From Lingula anatina (lineage: Eukaryota; Animalia; Brachiopoda): a stretch of DNA of 64,000 nt. The notes under the pieces are model-generated. The model worked only from the letters and a program-made list of their open reading frames with translations. It did not search any database and was not told the origin of the DNA. Where the stretch lies: the NCBI GenBank assembly GCA_051362555.1, contig CM120640.1:48400788-48464787 (forward strand). The letters run 5' to 3'. The position numbers and the translations under genes were made by a program. The stretch's first letter is position 1. Each line of letters starts with the position of its first letter. Shown here one piece after another: positions 28,901 through 39,203 of the stretch.

Positions 28901-31900
28901 GGTTTACAGGAATATAAACATATTTTACAACACATTTTTGTTCTTGCATGGGTAGTCACTGTCCTGCATGGCAACATTATTATTATTATTATCATTATCA
29001 TATAGATATCAAATACAGAGTACATGTATTTCCATGTTTTATGTGTCCATTTTGTTGCATGTGTGTAGTATCTGTGTGTCAGTAGAAAAATATATATATT
29101 AACTTTTTGTGGAATATAAAAAGCACAAAGCTTAAATATGAAATGAATATATCAATTTGAAGTTTGCCCCAAAAAATATGAATGCTAATAACTGTCTTCC
29201 TAATGATTGGAAGCTGTGCCATAAGCTATGAATCAATAGGTACGAGAGCATTTTATGCCAAGCATGATCAAACTGAGCATGAGACATATATTTAAAATAA
29301 AATTTGACGGCATATAATAGTGACCCAGCTAGGCTTCTGAATCTTTAAGAAGGCATGCATCAACCCATATTAGTTGTGTATATAAGGGAACAATTTGCAG
29401 TGAATACAAAGCATGTAAACATACCCTTCCCCTCATGATATGAGCTGGTATACCAATAAGTCAAGGCATGTGCAACATATAGCCTTTTACCATTATAAGG
29501 CTACATGATTGAGCCAGGATCAAAAACTTCTAAATTCTTCAATAGTTGTTTCTCTTTCCTGTTTGTTAAGTTTTTTCCTCAGTAGCCTTGGTGCCTTGAT
29601 CCCTTCCTTATCTCTTCACTTACTCTGAATGCTTGAGCTAAGCCAATTCTCAACTGAAATCACAGCAAATTGTGCTACTAACCCAGCATATAGAATAGTT
29701 TAAGCCTCCAAATCCATAAAATAATATACCATGATTGTGTAGTAAAAATGTAGTGATTGAAATACTGCATTATTCGTGGTGTTTTGTCTCTATATGTTCA
29801 GTGACAGTCCATCATGGCTTTTTGTTGTTTTAAGTTTATAAAGTAGTTAGAGGCTTCAATTTTTAATTTTTTTTACCAAATGAAATGGTAATATATATAA
29901 GTGAAAGCATAATAAGTAGGAAAGTTCAAAAAAGGGGTTCCACGCAAGACATAGCAGAATGGACTTTTTTTAGTCCAATGCATGTTGTGGCCTTAGCAGG
30001 CATTTTTCTTTTTCCAGTGGTCCTCTCTGGGACAGAATATGTAGAAAAAGGCAGCCGAATGAGACTGATTTGCAATGCTACTGGCACAGAAGAGCCTCCC
30101 ACTGGTATAGAATGGTTTAAGAAAGGCAAGCGCTTGCAGACCAATATGAAAAAAGGCATAGAAATCAAACAATATGTTTATATGAAAACACTGATAAGCA
30201 TATTAGCCATACATCAAACAGATATGGAAGATGCTGGGGACTACATCTGTAGGTCCAGTCATAGCAGCAAGGCCGTCAACAAAATCAGTGTGCATGTTTT
30301 AGATGGTGAGAGACGTTTTCTAAATAATAAAACACCCTTGTAATTTAAACAAAAATGGTACAGATGTACAAAACTCTGAGCAACGAAAACAAGAAATTGG
30401 AATCCTCAAAGAGATACGTAAAATCTCAAGGCCAGGCAAATCAAAATGCATTACAATCTGGGTGATTTCACCATTTCTTTTAAATATTTGCTGGAGGGAA
30501 AGGGTTCACGATTGCACATTTCTGCTCTTTATTTGGTAATTTTTTTGTGTGACTCAACACATTTGACATGAAAATTCACTCCTTTCACACATTTTTGATC
30601 TTAAAAGAAAACACTGAAATTTAATGAAATGTTATAGATGTGATATCATGTGTTATAAATTTCAATCTTCATTATCTTTAACATTTGCTTTTTTCTTTAT
30701 TTTCATGCTGTTTGCATGGGCAGTATCTACAACGAATGTTAAACGTGGTAAGCTCCCAGAATTTCTTACAGAGCTGGGTCTGGTTTTGTGTGTATTGCAG
30801 CACAAGAAAACCAGGTCCAATATCAGAATTAACAAAGATGATTTGTAGTCTAGTGTCATACATATTATTGCCTTAAAGAGACTAATTAAGCTGGATCCTA
30901 AGAGTATCTGAAACATATCCAAATTCAAGGAATCACTGAGACAAGTGGAACCTACAAAGTCAAAAAATGTATATCAATCACTTTACTTCAACTCTGCACC
31001 TTCTTCCTTCACCATATACCTATACGTGCTTATGCATATAATTCTGAAAGAGGCTCACTCATAGGATCCAGACTAATCGACACACTTATATACTTACTTA
31101 CAGGTACTAGTAGATGTATGCTTGCATTGCTTTAGCTTGGATCAGGTTGCTTGCATTTTTCTCCCTTAAGTAGTAGAAAATGCTGATGATCTTTCTCCTT
31201 CTTCTCTTTCTTTCTCCATCTCTCTTTACTCTTGAATCACTTCTGCATCTGTCATCAGTATTGTGCGATCGTATCTATGGCTTAAAAAAATTCAAATCAC
31301 ATATTATAAAACTGGCTGATTTTCTCAGGAAAGCTAACATTTTTGTCATTCTTTAACTTCATCTCAGCCAGTAATTTTTTATATAGATTGATATAACAGA
31401 AAAAAATTAAGTCTAACCACATTTCTAATAACTAGGTCCATTTGAATATGTTTGAAGCATTTAAAATTTCAGCAAAAAAGCTCTAAGATACCACATTAGG
31501 CACCTAGCTCTACTATAATTAGAATTTGAGTTTTCTGCTTTTATTAAATTTGGGATTTTCATCAGAAATAAAAACTGGTGAAAATACCATTTTGGTCCAT
31601 ACACCTGTTCAACGCTTCACTTCACAGTACACACCATGTCAGAAAAAAGGAAAAACAGCACTGTACATCACCAGTAACAACCTGCTCCATGTAGCTAATC
31701 ATAATCATCACATTTGTGGACGCTGTTCTTTCTGTCTTGCTTTCTATCATCAGAACCAGGAGCCCAGCCTTGTGATCAGACAAATGCTGATGGCACTTGC
31801 AGCACTGGCATTCACCTGCAACCCCCAAACAACCTTGGCACCTCCAGTGAGTATGGCAACAGTATTCTGAGAGAAAAAATAGGGAAAACTTTATTGACTA

Positions 31901-32252
31901 TTTCCTTTTCTCTCAACACTTTGGGCACTAAGTTTCTTTTCTTTTAATTATAACTACATACTCTAAGATAATATTTTGAAAATAAACCATTAGAGTTTTT
32001 CTGGATTTTTTTTTTTTTTACTTACGATTCACTCTTTTACTATGAATAAAAATCAACCACTCAGTGCAAGACTTTTAATCAAATCTTTAGAATAAAATGT
32101 TCAAACCCATAACTTCAACCAATGTACTTTGATCACATTTGAAATTTAAAGTCCAAATCTTCTTTTACCATTATAATATTTAATATCATATTCTAGGTTC
32201 TCCTTCCCAAAAATATGCAGAAACATGCCACTCGCTGTTTGCTAGCTTTTAG
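10920..32252 (+). CDS. Two-Ig-domain cell-surface protein, zig-8/Dpr/DIP (IgLON-like) family; 5' signal-peptide exon not located
   Basis: Exons with compatible phases: 10920-11056, 24566-24788, 26108-26134, 28080-28106, 30018-30305, 30724-30747, 31754-31846, and a tentative last exon 32197-32252. Ig1 reads VELICALRNLGPKV|VIWKK...LTVGTFVFTDDERL...DDAGIYFCEVST. Ig2 reads LSGTEYVEKGSRMRLICNATG...IEWFK...EDAGDYICRSS. Both have the B-strand Cys, C-strand Trp and DxGxYxC motifs. Confidence 0.85.
19635..20265. mobile_element. Non-autonomous TIR element with CGTGATT subterminal arrays
   Basis: GAGGGTAGGGAACACC / GGTATTCTCTACCCTC termini, flanked on both sides by TATTTA. Repeated (A/T)CGTGATT(C/G)G motifs at both ends. 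CpG-rich relative to its flanks. Confidence 0.8.
20603..20854. mobile_element. Degenerate foldback MITE (PIF/Harbinger-like termini)
   Basis: GGACCTCATTCCCATAGACACA / TGTGTCTATGGTAATGGGGCC termini; internal mirrors ATTGACCCAACTC / GAGTTGGGTCAAT and AGTGCAATCAGC / GCTGATTGCACT. Confidence 0.75.
26108..26134 (+). CDS. 27-nt micro-exon in the Ig1-Ig2 linker, (G)HYDPEEPP
   Basis: ttgttgttcccAG|gacattacgacccagaagaacctccag|GTagac; phase 1-1 and open in the frame of the flanking Ig exons. Confidence 0.7.
28080..28106 (+). CDS. 27-nt micro-exon in the Ig1-Ig2 linker, (E)RPLLPTKP
   Basis: tattttctaatttcAG|aacgtccattgcttcctacaaaaccag|GTaaga; phase 1-1, strong splice sites, proline-rich peptide. Confidence 0.75.
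30724..30747 (+). CDS. 24-nt micro-exon after Ig2, (V)STTNVKR
   Basis: tttgcatgggcAG|tatctacaacgaatgttaaacgtg|GTaagc; phase 1-1, preceded by a long pyrimidine tract. Confidence 0.7.
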
Positions 32253-35200
32253 TCATTGCTTTATGGTTTTATGTTATAAAGACACAAGCAATACTCAGAG
32301 TTATTATATATGTCAATGAATATGTGACCATAATAGCTAATCAAATCCACACTAAACTGAAAAGGCAGAATTATATCATGTTTACAACATATCAGACCCT
32401 TTTTCTCTTAATGGTCTAAACTGTTATCACTATCCAAGACTGTATTTTATAAGTAATGAAATTCCTTCCCTGTGATTCTGAAAAGCCTTCTTTTCAAACC
32501 ATTGCACCATAACACCAAACATTACGCATGGGGACCAGACCTGAGGAATATGTTATAATTCTAGCTGTTAGATCTTCATACTAATCTTGCATGATGTTAG
32601 ACACCAAACTATGGCCCAGTACTCAGGGATATATCTATACTTACATGTACTTGCAGAGTGGGTGATTTTTGTGCCCTGTCATACTCTAGACTTCATATAT
32701 GGAAATCATCTGAGATCAACTGTCTTAAATCATATAGAATTTTAATTTAAAACAATAATTGGTGGTTGTTGAATTTTTTACTGGTTTACAGAGATCCAAA
32801 GATGAAGTTTTCATGTACAATACTAATGATTTTTATTGAGGGAAAACCCTTTTCATTTGTGAGACATTTCATCCCTTGAAAGAAGGGTGGGAAAGGGACT
32901 GTATTTACAGAAAAAAAAGACTGCACAACAGAAAGCTACATCTTTGATTTGATTGCACAATTCCGACTTTCAATTTGTGCACAGAATTCTAATTCTAGCC
33001 TCACTATTTTTTAACAACCCACCAATCACTTGGCCAGGTCGAGTAGACAGTAAGTGGTAGAATGAATTCAAATTTAATCAGTAATTTGTAATGTTGGACT
33101 TTCTCTAATTTCCTTCCAGTTTGAAATCTCTCATTGATAAAAAGTGCACCCACGAATCTGTGCACAATGCTTGGCATTTTGCTGCTAGTGATACTTTTTC
33201 ACAATATCTTGCACAAGCATTATATAACAAGAGATTGACACATTTTAATATTTAGTATAATATACCTATTGTAACTTAAACTTTAAACTTTAAATCTGGA
33301 TAATATATTTATGTGAAATAATTTTGGAGTCATGTGAAAAATTTTGAACTAATTTCATTACATCCACTAATTTTAAGATATTCAAATGCATGCTTCTCTG
33401 TTTTATAGTAAAAACTTTCATAAAATGTACAGTTCATAATTTGAAAGACAGATCTTAAAACCAATGTTCCTATCATTATCTACAGTAATACTATTTGTCA
33501 GTAATTGTCTATATGTCAAACTATATGTATTTTTTTCCTGAGTGGCATGCAAATCTGTCATTATTTTGTGTGTACACAAATATATATTTTACATATTACT
33601 GTGATATGCTGGAATAAACTCACAAGGTATAAAATGTAATATTTCAGGCACTTTAACCAGAACAGACAATGTAAAGAGTGGGAAAATGGCATCCACAAGA
33701 CTTTCATATGCATTATATCTATGTACACTTCTTCTGGTGTCTTTCCATCTTAATTCAAGACTTTAGCAGTTCTCACTGAATTAACTTGTACAAAGTACAA
33801 ACTGAGAAAAAATGCTCTTGGATACCAAAATATGTGTCAGGTTGAAAAAGTTGTGTAGTCAATATTCTGTGTAACTGCTGGGCAGTTGGAATGCACATTC
33901 AAAGATGGAATCACATGGTGCACCAAGACATTGGACATCTTCACACAGAAGGACAAACAAGACTGCTGAACTACAAAGAATAAGCCAATAAGCCAAAGAA
34001 GTATGCATCTTCTCTTTGTGGTCTGTGAAATTGGTTTAACTATTTTCACAAAAAAGGGCAATTTGGAGCTCAACACTTGGCTGGTGCCTGTAAAATATAA
34101 TGATGAAACTGTTATTAAATTTAATATATTTATTTGACAAACAATGAGATCACAAACACACTGGCTGATGTACATCAATAACCATGAGCTTAATCAATAT
34201 AGCAGAACAAATGTGAGGATACCTCATCTTTAGAAACAATGCAATGGTTGTATCACTGTCTCTAATATACAATAACAGACAACAATACTGCTAAGTTACA
34301 ATGAAAAATATGAACTGCCCTGGTCTATAATGTTTCATGCATCAATGTGAATCTTGTAAAAATACATTCACAACTTCAGTTTTAATTGATTTCTGAGGTT
34401 CAATACAGAGATCAGATAATACATAGGCATCTGATAACTGCATGTCAGAGTACCACATGGAAATGTTGAACTTATTCTTGGACTGTATAATCATCTAGTC
34501 AGATAGAGTTGACTGTACTTAATTGTCTAGAGTAAATCCAATAAGATGGTCTGTCAAACCAAACCAGACTGTGGTCAATTCAATCTTTCACCACATTTTT
34601 AATGAATAACAATACCTCAGAAATGATGACGTGTAAAGATATCATTCACATGAGTGATGAAGAATTATTGGTATATAATATATGTACATGCATAAATGCT
34701 ACACAGTGGCGTAACTAGCATATTTATCATCTCACCTACGCCCATGAATCAACAAGGTTCAGGGCCAAAATGAAGAGAAGAAAGCTTTTTTACTTAAATG
34801 CCATAAAATACCAGACTGTTACAAGCTTTTACTTCTAAGACATTTTTCTTTAGTTTATAATTCTGTCATAGAAATGTATCCCACCTTAAAAGTGCTTACT
34901 GGACAGACTTATGCTATATTCAGAACTTGGAAAAAATGTAAATGAAGGTTGTAAATAATTTGAAGTGATGAGGAAAAAAGCACTAATAAAAGATTTTACT
35001 GTCATACCTGTTAAGGGCTTAATTGTATTCTATTTATTATTCATTGCTTGAAAATATCAACACTTCTTTATGCAGTTGTGTGATTGACTTGTATACTATT
35101 ATTATGCACGTTGTATAGGTTACTTACAGAAGCAAAAATACATTCTTTATCTAATTAATTTGGACAGTTTGATTTTTGTATAATCAAGGGCATGTTTAAT

Positions 35201-36839
35201 GTAATTGATAGTAAAGTGGGTTTATCTAGTATCTTTTTATATTTTAGCTTGTAACTACTACATTTTTATTAATATCACTGTACAGTTCATGTTGTTGTGT
35301 ATTTATTCCACTGCATTACTGGTGCATCTTTTTATGCAACTTCCTTCTTTTCAGTGGTTTTGAAAAACATTTTTCAGTTTTTTTTTTTTTTTTTGTTTGA
35401 TGCAATATGTGATGCCAAAGCATAATAACAGTAATGTGTACATTTGTTGTAAACTTTTTTGTGTTATTTTGAAAAACCAATTACCATTACCTTTACAGTC
35501 AAATAGTATAGAGGATGTTTTGCTTTCAATTCAGTTTACATAGCAATGAACATCCTGTAGCCCAGGTTAAACCTAACTATTGTAAAACATTTACTTAAAA
35601 GTGTGCTTCAGCTTACTGACAGTTGAATTATTTTTGTTTGTCGCACACTTAAATGAGGTACTTTGTAAGTTTTTACTGCAAGTCAGCATAGATCTAGACT
35701 TTTACTGTCAATTTTATCATGTGGCAAGTGTTATGAAAAGTGTAATTTAATAAATATTAAAGACTGTTTGAAAATATGTTTGTCGTTGTTCTGAAAAAGG
35801 AAGTTAAAGTTATAAAAGGCTATCCTGCATAGTAATGTTTCTAAATTGCTTATCAGTTTTAAAAAAAAAAATCTCTTTAATCAAGAAATGTGTGCCAATA
35901 AATAGTCTCCTTTCCAAGTTCTTTGCAGAAAAAGGGGGATATTAACTCCTATTCACCTCCAATCTCTCAAACAGCACTTTCTCCTTTTTTCCTTCTCGTC
36001 TTTGGCATGTCTGCAAAATGTCGTTCTTTCTAGAACTTTTATTCTTTGGAAATACACAAACTGTAATAATTTACTTAATTTACAAGTCCCCCATTTAGAT
36101 TTGTCATTTTGCCTTTACAAAAGCAATGTACTTTTCAATAAATTTTTGTTCACAGAAATATTTGAACTTGTTACTACAAATGTGGTTCTTTGAACACTTG
36201 TCTCTCTACACCTCTCTAACCTTGCTCTAAATAAGACAATACCTTTTGAGACATAGTTTTGCATGCTCTAACAGAAAGAACCTGGTTTTAAAATTATTTG
36301 ACTTCAAAATCAGTTTAGGTTAGTCATTAAAAGGCATTTCTATGTCTTCTTTGAAAGGGAAAGTATTTGAAAAAAAATTTAAGAGTTTAAAATTTTGTTA
36401 AGATTACAAACTAAGAGATACAGTCCATTAGAGGCAGCAGTAAATTTTTTAGATTTTCTCAAGAAACTAAATTTATCTTACTTACCTCTGGACAAGTGGT
36501 ACTGAAAATAACATGTGGATGTTATCTATATCTGGATATTCACTAAACTGATGTCACTGTCACTGTTTGCATATGTGACTGAGTGGTCAAAACTTATGCC
36601 ACGTCTTGACTTACCTGAAATATAAAAGAGATAAACTTTTTTATAAGTACATCTCTTAATAAAATGACAAATGGATGTAGCAGTATGAACAATAAATTGT
36701 CATTCGGTTAAAAATCAAATCAATCTTTAATTATAAACTATTTATTTCTAATCCAATTGTGGGACTGAGTAGAGATCAACAAAAAAAAATGATGAGAAAA
36801 TGGAAAAAATAGGGTGCATGAGAATACATTCCAGAAAGC

Positions 36840-37100
36840 CTTGTGGTTTGTTTAATTGTCTGCCTCCAGAATGAGAGGACGTGGGTTCAGCCACATCCAG
36901 GGACATACCAGTTCTTTATAAATGACACCTGCTGTCACCCCATTTGGCTATCAGCACTTACAGGTTGAGGCAGAGGTAAAGCTACCTGTCTGGCATTAAA
37001 AGATATTGATGATATGCCAGCTTTCAGCACCCCATATGTGTGTACAGCAGCTGAGCTATATCCTCCCCAGGGAGGTGAGAATGTCATTGGCCAGTAAGAA
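36840..37100 (+). mobile_element. Degenerate tRNA-derived SINE
   Basis: Box-A/B-like head (GTGGTTTG..GGACGTGGGTTCA) followed by CATACCAG..AAATGACACCTGCTG..TGGCTATCAGCACTTACAGG. This resembles invertebrate SINE central domains, recalled from memory and not searched. Confidence 0.4.
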
Positions 37101-37657
37101 TCAGGGGCAAGAAAATAAATATATATGTCAGCCATATTGTTAACCTGCAGAATAATGTTTAAAACCTTTCATAAAGAGGAGTAGTTTGCAGCATTTTGAG
37201 GTACTGAATAGTTGAAACACCACTCTGCAGGGCTCAGTAACTGTCTTTTCTTTTCTATTTGGAAGGGATGGAGGCTGTCATTTTGTTTTGGAAACATCAC
37301 TGTAGTCCTTCAGTGTCCTCAGTGGATCTGTCTGTGTTTAGTATTGCATCATACCAGAAGGCTTGGCTGGCCCATGCACAATGCAATCTTTGCACTTCAA
37401 ATGGCTGCCAGAATCAGATATTCTCGCTGCCTCCATGGAATTGAGAGACGAGTTCTAATACCGGCCTAAAATGTGTAAAGACAATATCCCATTATTATGA
37501 GTAAAATTGGGAACACTGTATAACATTATGACTAAAAAAAGTTCTTTTCTAATTCCCCTTTTGTTTATCTATTTATTTTTAGATCAGATATGCATTAATT
37601 TGTACACAATTTTTGAATGTCACTGTGCCAATGTTATCTGAACCTCATAATAATGAC

Positions 37658-37658
<1 letters not shown>

Positions 37659-37703
<45 letters not shown>
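37659..37703. repeat. (AAT)n microsatellite
   Basis: Directly visible. Confidence 0.97.
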
Positions 37704-37996
37704 TTTTTGTTTAAAGGTGAGTTAAACAGTGAGCTTACTAATTGTTATCATTTTCTATTTTACCTTCACTAAAAATATACACTAAACAAAAATATCAATT
37801 CCCTATGTGAATTATTTATGTAACATGTAATGGGCTATGGCAGTAATCTGTGCCTACAGGCAGTTATCTGTAGCACAATGAACAACAAAATTTAATTTGT
37901 ATGATCTAATGTATACTATATATAACCCAAAATGTTGGTAGAAATTTTCAGTACTGTGTGGGAGATTTATATTTTTTGCTATGTACGCGTAATTAA

Positions 37997-38601
37997 CCCC
38001 TTGTAAACAATTCGGTACTTTTGTAGTATACCCCCCCACCCTGTAACTTTCTGTAACTTTCACTTTTCAAACAGTTTTTTACATTTTATTGTTCATCTAT
38101 GTCAAAGCTGTTGAAATAAAATGCTTTTGTAATTACCTGTGGACTTTTTATTGGTTTTAATCACGTTTAATCCAGCCCATTGAAATACAATGTTAGAATC
38201 TTCAATTTACTCCCGCAGTCAATAACTTGCCGCGTTTTCGTTGGCTAACTCTAAGGTAATTTTATGTGAACAAGTAGCTCATAATAATTTCACAGAGGAA
38301 GTCCAAGTATACAATGTATCAATCCTATGTTCACATAAAATAAGGTAGAGTTAGCCAACGAAAACGCGCCAAGTTATTGACTGCGGGTACATTGTAAATT
38401 TTCACATTGTATTTCAATGGGTTGGATTAAACGTGATTAAAACTAATAAAAAGACCACAGGTAATTACAAAAACATTTTATTTCAACAGTTTTGACATAG
38501 GTGAAATAGACAATTTAAAAAAATGTTTGAAAAATGAAAGTTTCAGGAAGTTACAGGGTGGGGGGGTATACTACAAAAGTACCAACAATTCTTTAAAGGG
38601 G
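37997..38601. mobile_element. Foldback MITE of about 605 bp with two inverted arms of about 275 bp; piggyBac-like left end (TTAA|CCCC)
   Basis: GGTACTTTTGTAGTATACCCCCCCACCCTGTAAC is mirrored by GTTACAGGGTGGGGGGGTATACTACAAAAGTACC. CCCGCAGTCAATAACTTG..GCGTTTTCGTTGGCTAACTCTA is mirrored at 38346-38387. The right TSD is degenerate. Confidence 0.85.
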
Positions 38602-38787
38602 TCATGGAAATATTATTTCTTTCCAATTGAATACTCATTTATTTGTTTTAACTACATACGTTATACTTACAAACTAATGGGGACTGCAAAGCATCACAGA
38701 CGCATTAAGAGCGTCAATTAATTTCAGGCCCTTGGTCTTGGAAATAGAGAGAATAATAATATTTATACCCCCCCCCCCCCTCCAACC

Positions 38788-38845
38788 GAGAGAGAGAGAG
38801 AGAGAGTGACAGAGAGTGTGTGTATGTGTGTGTGTGTGTGTGTGT

Positions 38846-38930
<85 letters not shown>
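38788..38930. repeat. Compound (GA)n/(GT)n/(GA)n microsatellite upstream of MPP10
   Basis: Directly visible, preceded by a poly-C run. Confidence 0.97.
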
Positions 38931-38935
<5 letters not shown>

Positions 38936-38959
38936 CAGTGTGCTGTACTTTAACTTACT

Positions 38960-39203
38960 TATTAGTGCCTAATCAAATCATCCGCCATAGAGCACGTGGA
39001 TTTATTTACATCTCGTAATCTATCGCGGATCTTTAACTTTTGGCAAAATAAAACTGTTAACTCTTTCTTGTCACCCAAAGAATTGGACAATGCAAATAAA
39101 AGAAAACTATTAAATTTATATACGAGATTTTACTTCATGACGCCTTTTTACTAGATCTACATTGACTTAGAAAATTGGGTCATGTTGAATTCAAGATGGC
39201 GGC
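38960..39203. promoter_or_regulatory. MPP10 promoter/5' region
   Basis: CpG-containing segment with an E-box CACGTG (38993-38998). A YY1-type AAGATGGCGGC overlaps the start codon (39193-39203). Confidence 0.55.

Noticed and set aside
28384-29005. Overlapping 147-aa (+) and 104-aa (-) ORFs in an Ig-gene intron
   Set aside because: No recognisable domain, intron-like composition, the + ORF ends in an (ATT)n repeat, and no phase-compatible splice sites were identified.
32253-35770. Long 3' UTR of the Ig gene ending at AATAAA 35749-35754
   Set aside because: Plausible from the T-rich composition, but there are several other AATAAA hexamers, so it cannot be fixed without transcript data.
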